A DNA stretch of 64,000 bases, from contig JAZNUD010000018.1 in NCBI GenBank assembly GCA_045592085.1, positions 5,145 to 69,144 on the forward strand, read 5' to 3'. A program made the translations under genes and the position numbers. Below, one piece after another: positions 37,801 through 47,733 of the stretch. Under the pieces are notes generated by a model that did not search any database, was not told the DNA's origin, and worked only from the letters and a program-made list of their open reading frames with translations. Every line of letters begins with the position of its first letter. Positions within the stretch are counted from its first letter, which is position 1. The DNA comes from Acutalibacteraceae bacterium. Its GTDB lineage: Bacteria; Bacillota; Clostridia; Oscillospirales; Acutalibacteraceae.

Positions 37801-40800
37801 CCTGGACGGGAACGGCTTTTGAATATTTTATGCCTGCGCTTTTTTTGCCTTGCCCCGAAGGCAGTGAATGCAGAGAATCAATGCTGTTTTGTCTGCATAC
37901 CCAGCGCAAAATCGCAGGAAAGCGTCCGTTTGGCATCTCGGAAAGCGGGTTTTATTCGTTTGACGGTGTGATGAATTATCAGTATAAGGCAAACGGTGCG
38001 AAAAAGCTTGGTTTATGCAGGAATATCGATGAAAAAGTTGTTTCTCCGTACTCATCGTTTCTCACCGCAATGCTCGCACCAAACGCCTCCGTCAGAAACC
38101 TGCGCAGGCTGGAAAAATACGGTATGCTCGGCAAATACGGCTTTTTTGAGGCTCTCGATTTCAATCGAAGCAGGGTAAACGGTGATTATGCCGTTGTTCA
38201 TTCATTTATGGCGCATCATCAGGGGATGAGTCTGGTGGCGTCGGTCAATGCCCTGCAGGAAAACCGAATGCAGAAAAGGTTTATGCGTAATCCCGATATG
38301 AAGGGTGCATCGATGCTGCTCGATGAAAAAATCGGCACAGATACAAGAATTTTCAAGGATATCCCGTCAGTTGAAGCACCGAAAATAAGAGGAAGAAGCT
38401 CGGATGAGGATAAAATCATAAAAAATCCGTCTGTTTTATCTCCTGAAGCGGCGGTCTATTCGAATTCACGGATGAGCGTTTGCATTACGGATTGCGGCAC
38501 GGGACATACCGTTGCCGACGGAATCGATGTGACGGTCAGAAGCAATGATATTCTGAGCAGACCGAGCGGTGTTTTTGCTGTTTTCAGCTCTGACGGGGTG
38601 AGACTTTCTTCATCAAAAGCACTCGAAGGTGCAGGAGAGCATACTGCCGAATTTCAGAAAAATCAGGCAATCCATACCGCAACCTTCAAAAATCTCCGTC
38701 TGACAATGAAAACCTCTGTTTCTGCGGATTCAAATTGCGAAATACGCAGCTTTATCGTTGAAAACAGAGGAAAAAAGGATGTTTCGGGCAAGCTGACGGT
38801 ATATTTTGAGCCTTGTCTCGAAAAAAACGAGGATTTTTCAGCACACAGAGCGTATTCAAAGCTGTTTGTGACAGATGAATGGGATGAAAAAAACGGTTGC
38901 TGCATTTTTGTACGAAACACAAAAAGCGGTAATATGCCTGCAATAGCGGCAGGTTTTGCCGATAATAACGGATTCAGGCATTATTTTTCACGGGAAAACG
39001 TGCTGACAACACCGACGGGCATATTCTCTCTTGGTATGCGTGAGGATATGAAGGAGGGAAGCGGTGTCCCCGATTGCTGTTGCTGTTTTGAGGCTGATAT
39101 CAAGCTTGCCGCAGGTGAAAAGCAGAGCAAAAAGCTGATAATTTCTGTTGGCGAAAACAAAGAAACGGCAATCAATAGTTTTGTAAGCGCAAAAAACAAA
39201 GGAAAAAACCGTTTTGCAAACGCACTTTTCAGGTCGGACAGCCTTGAGAATTCGGTTGCCTCCTGCGTAGTGCCGAGAATTCTGTACCCTAAAAGTCTGA
39301 CGGAAAGCGGCGGAAAAGAAAAATTCAGGCTTGAGGATTTGTGGAGATTCGGCGTTTCGGGAGATTTGCCTATAATTACGCTTGAAATAACGGATGCAGA
39401 TGATGCGGCGAAAATCCAGCCGTACGTAAGGGTCAATAAGCAGCTTCGTTCTTGCGGAATCGGGAGCGATCTTGTGATAATTTATCCTTCTGATGACGGG
39501 TATAATCCGCTTGTAAGAAACGCCCTTAGAAACATTCTGAAAAGTGAGGAATGTGAGCTTATGCTTGGAGTAAAAGGCGGCGTTCATCTTGTAAATCAGA
39601 GTAGTTTTTTGCTCTCGCAGACAGATGTGCTGAAGAGTTTTTCATCTTTTTACGCCGATGTCGGTAATTTCATCGGAAAAGGTAAAAAAAAGCTCTTCAG
39701 ACCGCTTGAAATTGTGACCGAAAGAAAGACAGAAACCACCATAAAAAACGCAAAGCCTGTAAAGCTATACAACTTTACAGATGGCGAAATTGCAATAGAA
39801 AATAAGGGCAAAACCGTTGATATACCTTGGAATATGGTGTTGGCAAATAAAAGCTTCGGAACAATGGTATCTGACAAGGCTTTGGGCTTTACGTGGGCAA
39901 TAAATTCCAGGCAGAATAAGCTGACTCCATGGTATGGCGATACTGCCTCGGATAACCGAGGAGAAATGCTTTTGTGGAAATATAACGGTGTTTTTTATGA
40001 TATAATAGCCATTTCAACAGCAGTTTTCAGACCTGACAAGGCGCAATGGAGGGCAGAAATAAAAGGCGTTCACTTTACCGTTACCGTCAGCGTACCTGAA
40101 AGGGGAATGACAAAGAAAATTTCTGTTGAAGCGGTCAACAAATCGGGGCATCCGAGAGAGGGAGAGCTTGCCTTTTATACTCTGCCGGTACTCGGAGTTT
40201 CAAGGGATGAAAGAAGCTCTTTTCTTGCAGAAAAAACATCTCGCGGAGCAGTGATTTCAAACGGTGCTTCCGAAAATCCCGGCTATATGTCACTCGAATT
40301 CAGCTCGGGAGCTGATTTTGTTTGTTTCTCAAGACCCGATTTCTTTGAGGGTCGGTGGACGGAAGAAAATGAAACCGTTCCGCAGGACTGTTGTTTTGCA
40401 ATCGGTAAGAGGATTACTCTTGAATCGGGTGAAAAAAAGGAAACGGAATGCTGCCTTTCGTGGGGTGCGTCAAAAAAATCCGCACGGATTATGCCTTCTG
40501 TTTCGAGATTCGAGCAAAAAAATCCGAATCCTCTGCAGCTTTCTTCCGATAATAAGAATCTCAATGTTTTTTTTAATTCGTTTTTGTATCCGCAGATATT
40601 GCATAGCCGTTTTTACGGAAAAACAGGCTTCTATCAGTGCTCGGGAGCCTACGGATTCCGTGACCAGCTTCAGGACAGTCTCGCCTTTTTGCTTACTGAC
40701 CCGAAATTAACACGAACACACCTGATTCGGTGTGCGGCAGTCCAGTTTCCCGAGGGCGACGTGCTTCATTGGTGGCACATAACGGTCAACAGAAAGCAGA

Positions 40801-41906
40801 TTATCAGAGGAATACGGACAAAATGCAGCGATGATATGCTTTGGCTTCCGTTTGTTTGCTGTGAATACGTCAGAAATACGAAGGATTACAGCGTGCTTGA
40901 CGTGAATATACCTTATATTGAGGCTGATATTCTTGCTGAAACCGAAAAGGAGAGGTATATAACTCCGAAAAGGAGCAAAAACAAGGCAACACTGTTTGAA
41001 CATTGTATGAAAGCGATTGAAAAATGCTGTAATTTCGGAAAAAACGGCCTTCCGATGATCGGATCCTGCGATTGGAATGACGCGATGAACAATATTGGCA
41101 CGGATAAAGAAGGGGAGAGCGTCTGGCTCGGAATGTTTCTTGTTCTGGTGCTTGAAAGGTTTTCTGCACTTTGTAAAAAACTCGGATTTGATAAAAAATC
41201 TGCTGAATATGCAGAAATTGTAACAAATCTGCGCAAAAACATTGAGAAAACATCGTGGCTCGGTGACAGATATGCAAGAGCAATTCTTCCTGACGGCAAA
41301 ATACTCGGAGAAGACGGTTTTATTGATATTCTGCCTCAGGCATTTGCGGTTTTTGCAGGCTTTGAGCACGCAGAAACCGCAGTTGAAACGGCGTTTGATA
41401 AGCTTGTTGACCGTGAAAAACGGATAATCAGGCTTCTTTCGCCTCCTTTCAGTACAGATTCAAGGGAAAATATCGGCTATATTGCCGCTTATCCCGAAGG
41501 AATCCGTGAAAACGCAGGTCAGTATACCCACGCAGCCGTATGGCTTGCAATGTCGTTATTTGCTCTCGGAAAAGATGAAAAGGGCAGGGAATTGGTTGAT
41601 ATTCTCAATCCTATGGGGTATTATTCGGATAAAAAGCTTGCAGAAAGCTATAAAGCAGAACCTTATGTGCTTGCAGGCGACGTTTACGGCAGGAATAACC
41701 TTGCTCCACGGGGCGGTTGGACACATTTTACCGGTTCGGCTGCATGGTTTTACCGCTGTATTGCAGAGAATTATTCCGAATCATTATATTTAACCGATCA
41801 TAAGTCTGTAAATGAAAAAACGTTGCGTTGTAAAGTGTTTGACACTTACAAGTCAAGAAAAAATGTTTCTGAAGAGATAAACAGTTCTGAAAACCGAACA
41901 AAATGA
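34836..41906 (+). CDS. ndvB: Cyclic beta-1,2-glucan synthase (NdvB/ChvB/Cgs-like; GT84 + cyclization domain + GH94 phosphorylase)
   Basis: GRERKRG, LDAD, FCGKG, LSHD..ESG and RWVRGDWQ (GT84); LPPDN..RTSPTNIG, YDLLMSESR, SWTGTAFEYFMP and FMAHHQGM (middle domain); FYQCSGAYGFRDQLQD, DWND and ENAGQYTHAA (GH94). Confidence 0.9.
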   Translation: MKRKMKEALSVFRRGMREENLCLADNYYLLVNAAESVRKGLKGIKRRIRGKNFPDSLFESCIKLCKNGKLPSDEEIVEFFGGKSGSLTAEYLPLCITGALVEYAARGVKTKNQNMLVEAVRSIRRIPELDFEKISAYLSETEGFLRRDELYPMLDEETRAYYRRSISSRARKKRVSERDFVLNALEKAEKNSCHIGRYIIPTSKKKTRGRLLIAMQFLMPAVVCAASGILFGFGFLTFLCYIPFYMIFRRPIESAIMTGVVPERLPRLKADIAQVQTVPVMLTVSTLIPAPEKASNFGKRLEKLYLSNKTEGLTVCCLADFKGAPSPSVPEDKTCVSAMCSVIDKLNKKYSGGFVFAVRERVYSKTQDEYTGRERKRGAITDFVDAIGGKSDGFSLIYGDKSSLNRIRYIFALDADSVPEFNAVSKLVAIAEHPLNRPVIDEKAGRVTSGYGIIVPKSENRIRYENSTLFERIMSGAGATGGYDRLAGEKYRDLFGESIFCGKGLIDVEAYRRLLGDLHSERILSHDSVESGYLRAGLAGDVTVTDAFVADAGGYFSRLGRWVRGDWQNAPFIFGKNPLNALSRYKLFDNIFRSLFKPFCVAAIAASLFLGQRESVCTAAISLIALCIDDIYSAISSVSKGGIASASRKYYSFTAPESILCIARGFVSVAFSVRESFVCVFSAIKAVWRMTVTKRNLLEWVPAGSAKGKTAAKILSCALPLAASVLLFVFGMPIHRLFALILICDAPLFFFSGVRKRISAPEITAENREKLLAYAGATWSFFSELCTSENSFLPPDNIQLSPVRAVAKRTSPTNIGLMLVSFLAARDLGFITTQEMYMRLEMSLKTVDKLEKFKGNLLNWYSTSDCVPLEPRYVSTVDSGNFLCCLTALKEGIAEYIGEFPSLAETAKKIQRLIDETDLSMLYNRRRKLFHIGIDPETGEKSGSYYDLLMSESRMTSYFAVAKRIVPENHWDSLGRICVGAGRHIGFASWTGTAFEYFMPALFLPCPEGSECRESMLFCLHTQRKIAGKRPFGISESGFYSFDGVMNYQYKANGAKKLGLCRNIDEKVVSPYSSFLTAMLAPNASVRNLRRLEKYGMLGKYGFFEALDFNRSRVNGDYAVVHSFMAHHQGMSLVASVNALQENRMQKRFMRNPDMKGASMLLDEKIGTDTRIFKDIPSVEAPKIRGRSSDEDKIIKNPSVLSPEAAVYSNSRMSVCITDCGTGHTVADGIDVTVRSNDILSRPSGVFAVFSSDGVRLSSSKALEGAGEHTAEFQKNQAIHTATFKNLRLTMKTSVSADSNCEIRSFIVENRGKKDVSGKLTVYFEPCLEKNEDFSAHRAYSKLFVTDEWDEKNGCCIFVRNTKSGNMPAIAAGFADNNGFRHYFSRENVLTTPTGIFSLGMREDMKEGSGVPDCCCCFEADIKLAAGEKQSKKLIISVGENKETAINSFVSAKNKGKNRFANALFRSDSLENSVASCVVPRILYPKSLTESGGKEKFRLEDLWRFGVSGDLPIITLEITDADDAAKIQPYVRVNKQLRSCGIGSDLVIIYPSDDGYNPLVRNALRNILKSEECELMLGVKGGVHLVNQSSFLLSQTDVLKSFSSFYADVGNFIGKGKKKLFRPLEIVTERKTETTIKNAKPVKLYNFTDGEIAIENKGKTVDIPWNMVLANKSFGTMVSDKALGFTWAINSRQNKLTPWYGDTASDNRGEMLLWKYNGVFYDIIAISTAVFRPDKAQWRAEIKGVHFTVTVSVPERGMTKKISVEAVNKSGHPREGELAFYTLPVLGVSRDERSSFLAEKTSRGAVISNGASENPGYMSLEFSSGADFVCFSRPDFFEGRWTEENETVPQDCCFAIGKRITLESGEKKETECCLSWGASKKSARIMPSVSRFEQKNPNPLQLSSDNKNLNVFFNSFLYPQILHSRFYGKTGFYQCSGAYGFRDQLQDSLAFLLTDPKLTRTHLIRCAAVQFPEGDVLHWWHITVNRKQIIRGIRTKCSDDMLWLPFVCCEYVRNTKDYSVLDVNIPYIEADILAETEKERYITPKRSKNKATLFEHCMKAIEKCCNFGKNGLPMIGSCDWNDAMNNIGTDKEGESVWLGMFLVLVLERFSALCKKLGFDKKSAEYAEIVTNLRKNIEKTSWLGDRYARAILPDGKILGEDGFIDILPQAFAVFAGFEHAETAVETAFDKLVDREKRIIRLLSPPFSTDSRENIGYIAAYPEGIRENAGQYTHAAVWLAMSLFALGKDEKGRELVDILNPMGYYSDKKLAESYKAEPYVLAGDVYGRNNLAPRGGWTHFTGSAAWFYRCIAENYSESLYLTDHKSVNEKTLRCKVFDTYKSRKNVSEEINSSENRTK

Positions 41907-42002
41907 ACTGATTATGTAAAAAATAAAGCAGTTTTTTCAAAAACAGAATGTTGAAGAAAACTGTTTTTGACTTTTGTTTATGTTAATAAAAAACGACATA
42001 GG

Positions 42003-42024
42003 TGTAAAGCGAACAAGCTTTACA
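42003..42024. promoter_or_regulatory. Palindromic motif TGTAAAG-N8-CTTTAC, copy 1
   Basis: TGTAAAG cgaacaag CTTTACA; it extends to a longer hairpin, so it could double as a terminator. Confidence 0.6.
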
Positions 42025-42154
42025 CCTTCTGATTTTTTTGTATCTGAAATCGAATTTTTGTTGTTTTTGTCAATTAATTACTATACCTTTTATATATGTA
42101 CTCCTTTCGAAGATATTTTCGGTACTTGTACGATAGTGAATATAACAATATAGT

Positions 42155-42175
42155 TGTAAAGCGAAAGACCTTTAC
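42155..42175. promoter_or_regulatory. Palindromic motif TGTAAAG-N8-CTTTAC, copy 2
   Basis: TGTAAAG cgaaagac CTTTAC. Confidence 0.65.
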
Positions 42176-42282
42176 GCACTTGCGCGGATTGTGGGGAAAT
42201 AAAATGCGTGGTCAGTTTTAACAAAAAAGATTCTTTTGGATTGTTTATTATTAACAAATTATGAAATGAATTTTGAAAAACA

Positions 42283-42311
42283 TTGACATTGGCTCGAGAT
42301 TTAGGTATAGT
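42283..42311 (+). promoter_or_regulatory. Sigma-A promoter for surface-protein operon 1
   Basis: TTGACA-17-TATAGT with AT-rich upstream sequence. Confidence 0.8.
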
Positions 42312-42324
42312 TATTATGACCATA

Positions 42325-42550
42325 TGGTGGTTTTATGGGATAGGTGTCTCTATTTTCAGGACGAATTCCGTGAAACCCACTGTTTGGACAACTAAATTCA
42401 GTGATTCTGACTGTTGCTTTGCGCCGGATTTTGGCGTGTCTGGCGCGGGCAAATCAAAAAGGAGGTCGGTCAGAGAATGGCCAGCGGTTAAACATTAATA
42501 TAATGTGTATCGGCAGTGCCGTTCGCAATCTGTGATTTAATTGTCCGAAA
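42325..42550 (+). ncRNA. Long structured 5' UTR
   Basis: Helices 42329-41/42365-77, 42383-97/42535-49, 42406-13/42467-74 and 42421-28/42439-46, with G-U pairs. Confidence 0.6.
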
Positions 42551-42586
42551 TTTTCAAATTTCAAAATTTTTTTGGAGGTGTACAAT

Positions 42587-45500
42587 TTGAAAAAGTCAAT
42601 CCGCATTCTCTCTATCCTTATGGCTTTTGCAATGCTCATCGGTAGTTTTACCGTTATGGGTAGTGCATACCAGGCTTACAAGAACGACGCTATCGAAGAG
42701 TACAACGACGTAGATGCTCCTGTTTTCACACTTGAGCAGTACGCTACTATGGCTCTTGATGAGGTCGACCGTATGCTTGCTAAGGAACAGCTCAGTGTTA
42801 ACATTTACATTGGTGTTCTTAATCTCGGCAGCATCACCGAAACCATCGCCAGCGTTGAAAGCCTTCTTTCCAGTGTCTCAACCCTTCTCCCCCTTCTTGG
42901 TGATGCTCAGATGCTGAAAATCACTCCTCTTGAAGGTAACGCCAGAGGCACTGCAACAACAGCAGGCACAGCAACTGACCTTGAAATCATCTACGACGTT
43001 CTTGATTTCCTTTCAGTCAACGCTCCCGTATTCCAGAAATATGTTCAGGGCCAGCTTAGCCTCGGCATCATGAACTCCTTTATTTCTGATTTCCTCTTCG
43101 ACGTTCGTGAGCTTGCAATCGGTCTTGTTTACGGCTTCACTCCCGCAGGCGAAGCAGCAGACTATGACTACTTTGATAATGGCACAGACGGTCTCCCCGC
43201 TGAGTATCTTCCCGGCGGCGCTAAGGCTGACACAGCTATCATCTCTCTCGCTCAGGATCTTCTCAACAGCCTTGTTCTCGGCGAATGGAAGCTCCTCAAC
43301 CCCTACTTCGAAGATGTAACAGACCATGTTGACTACGAAGATTATCTCTTCGAAGGCTCAATGGATCTCGCTAACAACGACTACTACGGCTGGGTTCATC
43401 CCAAGCAGTGGGTAACATATGCTCTCGGTGATTGCGCTGTTGTTGCAAAGGGCGCAGCTGCTCCCGCTCCTCAGTATGAACTTGTTGACATCACAGGTAG
43501 CAGAACAGGCTACGCATTCATCGAAGATCTTATGCGCAGAGCATACAACGAAATCCTTATCCCTGTTCTCATCAGAGATACAGTTCAGTGGATGCGTGAA
43601 CTTTGCGGTGTTGTTTATCTTCCCGAATACAAGAACAAGACAGTCTATGACGAGGCAACTCAGACTTGGATTCCCAATCCCCAGTATATTGAAGGTTACA
43701 AGGGCGAACCCCTTACCGACGAAACAAGAACAGTTTTCGCTGATATCTTCAATATGGATTTCATTCCTCAGAAAGTCTATGATATCCCTGCAGACGAGAC
43801 ATTCGTTGACCACTTCAACGATATCCTCGGCGAGTTCCTTGACGGACTTCTTATTGCAAGCCGCGGTGAAGCAAATGCTGACGGTTACTCATGGAATTGG
43901 GTAGACGGCGGTAACCAGTATCTCCTTACAAACATTGCAAGCGTTGCAAAGTTTGTTCTCCAGATCACAGGCGACGAGTTCTTCCCCGAATACTTCACAG
44001 TTCCTTCAGCTTCAGAACTTGCAGGTTACAATGATCAGCAGGTTGTTGCTCTCGTTATGAGAGGTATCCTCAACGGTTCAGTTGAATGGATGTATATCGA
44101 CGATGCACAGCAGACAATCGTTGACGTTGGTTACGCAGCAGTTGAACAGCTTGCATGGCAGGATATTCCCCAGTACACATACACAAAGCCTGTCAGATCA
44201 GATTACACTGATGACGAAGCTTATTATGATGCAGTAGTTCAGAAGGTTCTCGATATCCTTCTTGACGTTGCAGTTTACAACCTCAACTCCAGCCTTGACA
44301 TGGTTAAGGCACAGGGTGCTAACCCCGTAACAGGCGCCGGTCTTATCCCCTACCAGGACGATGACGGCAGCTACGAAAACACAGTTATCCAGATTGCAGC
44401 ATGGGCTATCACAACATATGGCCGCATTCTTGCTCTTAACTTCAATTCAGACGATGCTGACGGTGAAACAACAGGCATCACAATCGATGAAGTTTGGACT
44501 GATATCGACACAGTTCTCGATGCTATCATCCCCATTAAGGGCGACGATGCATGGATCAACAACGAAATCTCCAACAGCGGTCTTGTAGCAAAGTCATTCA
44601 TCTTTGACTACATCCTCAAGCCCGTTTATACTCTCAACTCAACAAACCTTGCAAAGATCTTCCAGAAGAACACATCAGCAACATCACCCTTCAACACAAA
44701 GAACGGTGTTGCTATCATCATGGATCTCCTTGAAGGCGTATTTGACCTTCTCTTCCCCAACGTATTCTCAGAAAAGGCAACAACAGTTGACGCACTCGTT
44801 CAGAATGATACTCTTGCCGGTATGATTCACGACTTATTCAAGTCACTCGGCAGAGGCACATTCACAGGCGTTGCTAACGGTGTTGCAATCACCGGCAGAG
44901 CAGAAGACATCGCAGCTGTTGCTCTTCCCTTAGTATGTATGCTTCTCGGCCTCAGCGACGAGCAGGAATTCTCCGAGATGGAAAACTTCCTTCCCGAAAC
45001 AATCGCTCAGGGTACTAACCCCACATTCCGTATTTACAACGGTTCAAGCGGTGTTAACACAGGTTTCACAGCTGCTAACGGTACATTCACACAGGATAAG
45101 CTCTATGTTTACAAGATCGACTCAATCGTTATCAGATCTTATGTAAACGGCGTTGATACAAAGGCAGCTTCCGTATCAGGCATTAAGGCCGGCGACAAGC
45201 TCGACGGTGGTGCAAGCGTTGACGTTACTCTTCAGGGTAACCTTGTTAACGGTATGCTCATCGAAATGAACATCGACTACTTCATCGAAGGTGAAGACGG
45301 CGAATACATCACAGATACAGCTCTTACCAAGACAGTTTACGCTGTTGTTGGTGACACTGATAAGGATGACGATGCTATCGAAATTTCCGAAGCAGTTGAC
45401 AACCGTTTTGTTCAGTATGAATCAGAAATCTACCTTGACAGCGGTGACGACCTTGACGATATCAACGGTTATCAGATCCGTATCAAGGACAGCGGCGAAA

Positions 45501-47575
45501 ACAAGAGCCTGGATCCTGAGGAGGCTCCCGTAACAGGTACAGCTAACATCACAAGCGTTTCCGGCGTTTCCTTCGTAGGACTCAACCCCGATTCTCAGAC
45601 TGCACAGCAGTTCAAGGGTCAGGAAGGTCTCTACTTCTTCGCTCCCTTCAAGGCAGTTGAAGGCTTCGAAAGATTCGAAATCACATATCAGGGTGACGAA
45701 AACGGCGAGCTTGTTCTCGACGAAGAAGGCAATCCCATCCCCGTTGGTGACAACGGCGGCGTTGAAGACGGTAAGTACACCGTAACAACAAACGTTAACG
45801 TTAACGGCACAAACAAGGCTGTTACAACTAACATCCACCTTTATAATGACCACGGTCTTGACGGTCTCTTCAGCCACGAAGCATCAGCAAACCGTCAGCA
45901 GAATGACTACGATATGGAAAAGAACGGCGGCGCAGCAGCAGACCTCTGGACTAACTACGTTGCAGCTCTTAAGGACGCAGCAGTTCTTTCACTTACTCCC
46001 AAGAAGGGTTCAAACTTCGAATCCAAGATTGAAAACTGTGCAGACGGTTATGACAACCTCTACGAGCAGTATGCAGAAGCTCTTGAAGCAGCTCTTGCAG
46101 CTCTTGCTCCCTATGAGAAGTCAGCCGGTGTTAACGGTCTTCAGGAAAAGGTTGCTGAAATCAGTGGCGACAATGCTATCATTTCTTATGACAGCGAAGG
46201 CCGTCCCTACAGAACAGACCTCGAATATTGGGAAGAAGGCTACGTATACTTCGGTCTTCGTGACTTCGCTCCTCACTCATATCTCAGATACAGAGATGCA
46301 AGAAGCGCAGCTCTTGATCTTGTAGATTCACAGATCTTCTACGTTCCCGCTCCCTTCGAGGCAGGCTACGAGCCTACTCAGGAGGAACAGGCTGCTTATG
46401 ATGCAGCAATCGCTGACTATGAGAAGAAGATGGCTGAAAGAGGCGTTGTTGGTGCTATCGAAGCAACATACGCACAGCACAAGCTTGAACTCATGGCTGA
46501 CCGTCTTATCAGACTTCCCGGTAACAAGGATAAGCTTCAGAAGGTTTATGATATGACTGTTACCAACGGCGATGTAAATGCCGGCGGCGCATCATACTAC
46601 ACAACTGAATCCTGGGAAGCATATGATCACGCTAAGACATTTGCAGAAAACACTCTTGCAATGTCCAACTCCTCAGTAGAACCCTCAAGAATCAACACAG
46701 CTACAGGCGAACTCGTTAACGCTTGGAAGCGTCTTGTTAAGTCCTGCGACTTCGTAGAACTTGATGCAGCTATCGCAGCAGCAGCAGAAGCAGGTGAACT
46801 CGGTCTCGGCAACGATACCTACACAGAGGAAACCTACGCTCCCTTCTTCGCACTTTACACAGAGGCAGTTAACTTCGACAGAGGTATTGCTGATACAGAA
46901 GAAAATCAGGCTGAAATCGATGCACTTGTAGAAGATCTTACAAATGCATTCAACGCTCTTGAAGAAATTCCTGACATCATCATCGAAGAACCCGAGTTCC
47001 CGATGATCGACGCAGACGCAGCAAGAGATTTGTGGCTCTTTGTTGACTCACAGTGGTCAATGTCCTTCGCTCCCACAATCGATGATTCCTCCAAGTTTAA
47101 CTATGGCGGTATCTATATGAGCGACGGTTCAGAGGTTGACGGTTATATCGTTGGTCTCGGTCAGGCAATGGATGAATCTTCACTCAGCCAGATCTTCCCC
47201 GCTGACTCACTTGTTAATGCAACAGTTGAAATCAGACCCAACCCCATCACTGGCGGTTACGGCACAGGCGCTGAAATCTGGATCTTCAATGCTACAACAG
47301 GCGATAAGCTTGCAGCTTACCAGACAATCATCCGCGGTGACGTTACAGGCGACGCTGCAGTTGACGGCGGTGACGAATCAGAAGTTTGGTATGAAGCTCA
47401 GTACATCACTGACTGGACATACAACGGCGACGGCAGCAACTGCTCCTACTATGCATTTGCAGGCGATATGAACGCAGATATGTTCTGTGACGCCGGTGAC
47501 GCAGACGCAATCAACCAGCTTCTTGCTGGTCAGCAGGACGTTAACCAGGAGACTGGTGAACCCATCTACTATTAA
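42587..47575 (+). CDS. Giant acidic secreted protein with FIVAR-like helical repeats and C-terminal X-module/dockerin-like domain (S-layer-like candidate)
   Basis: GGAGG RBS with TTG start; Sec signal peptide; YTTESW and YTEETY repeats; GYGTG...RGDVTGDAAVDGGD...GDMNADMFCDAGD; strong codon bias. Confidence 0.8.
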   Translation: MKKSIRILSILMAFAMLIGSFTVMGSAYQAYKNDAIEEYNDVDAPVFTLEQYATMALDEVDRMLAKEQLSVNIYIGVLNLGSITETIASVESLLSSVSTLLPLLGDAQMLKITPLEGNARGTATTAGTATDLEIIYDVLDFLSVNAPVFQKYVQGQLSLGIMNSFISDFLFDVRELAIGLVYGFTPAGEAADYDYFDNGTDGLPAEYLPGGAKADTAIISLAQDLLNSLVLGEWKLLNPYFEDVTDHVDYEDYLFEGSMDLANNDYYGWVHPKQWVTYALGDCAVVAKGAAAPAPQYELVDITGSRTGYAFIEDLMRRAYNEILIPVLIRDTVQWMRELCGVVYLPEYKNKTVYDEATQTWIPNPQYIEGYKGEPLTDETRTVFADIFNMDFIPQKVYDIPADETFVDHFNDILGEFLDGLLIASRGEANADGYSWNWVDGGNQYLLTNIASVAKFVLQITGDEFFPEYFTVPSASELAGYNDQQVVALVMRGILNGSVEWMYIDDAQQTIVDVGYAAVEQLAWQDIPQYTYTKPVRSDYTDDEAYYDAVVQKVLDILLDVAVYNLNSSLDMVKAQGANPVTGAGLIPYQDDDGSYENTVIQIAAWAITTYGRILALNFNSDDADGETTGITIDEVWTDIDTVLDAIIPIKGDDAWINNEISNSGLVAKSFIFDYILKPVYTLNSTNLAKIFQKNTSATSPFNTKNGVAIIMDLLEGVFDLLFPNVFSEKATTVDALVQNDTLAGMIHDLFKSLGRGTFTGVANGVAITGRAEDIAAVALPLVCMLLGLSDEQEFSEMENFLPETIAQGTNPTFRIYNGSSGVNTGFTAANGTFTQDKLYVYKIDSIVIRSYVNGVDTKAASVSGIKAGDKLDGGASVDVTLQGNLVNGMLIEMNIDYFIEGEDGEYITDTALTKTVYAVVGDTDKDDDAIEISEAVDNRFVQYESEIYLDSGDDLDDINGYQIRIKDSGENKSLDPEEAPVTGTANITSVSGVSFVGLNPDSQTAQQFKGQEGLYFFAPFKAVEGFERFEITYQGDENGELVLDEEGNPIPVGDNGGVEDGKYTVTTNVNVNGTNKAVTTNIHLYNDHGLDGLFSHEASANRQQNDYDMEKNGGAAADLWTNYVAALKDAAVLSLTPKKGSNFESKIENCADGYDNLYEQYAEALEAALAALAPYEKSAGVNGLQEKVAEISGDNAIISYDSEGRPYRTDLEYWEEGYVYFGLRDFAPHSYLRYRDARSAALDLVDSQIFYVPAPFEAGYEPTQEEQAAYDAAIADYEKKMAERGVVGAIEATYAQHKLELMADRLIRLPGNKDKLQKVYDMTVTNGDVNAGGASYYTTESWEAYDHAKTFAENTLAMSNSSVEPSRINTATGELVNAWKRLVKSCDFVELDAAIAAAAEAGELGLGNDTYTEETYAPFFALYTEAVNFDRGIADTEENQAEIDALVEDLTNAFNALEEIPDIIIEEPEFPMIDADAARDLWLFVDSQWSMSFAPTIDDSSKFNYGGIYMSDGSEVDGYIVGLGQAMDESSLSQIFPADSLVNATVEIRPNPITGGYGTGAEIWIFNATTGDKLAAYQTIIRGDVTGDAAVDGGDESEVWYEAQYITDWTYNGDGSNCSYYAFAGDMNADMFCDAGDADAINQLLAGQQDVNQETGEPIYY

Positions 47576-47623
47576 TTCAAATTAATTCGGCACAGCACAT
47601 CTCATTATTTAAATCCAATTTAT

Positions 47624-47653
47624 CGGCGTGGCACGGGCTTCCGTGCCATGCCG
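47624..47653 (+). other. Intergenic GC-rich hairpin without U-tract
   Basis: CGGCGTGGCACGG-gctt-CCGTGCCATGCCG. Confidence 0.7.
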
Positions 47654-47733
47654 GAATGGCTCAAATGCAAATTACTCTTGGTATTATGACACAACAGGTG
47701 TTCATATAAATTTATAAGGAGGAAAATGAGCTA

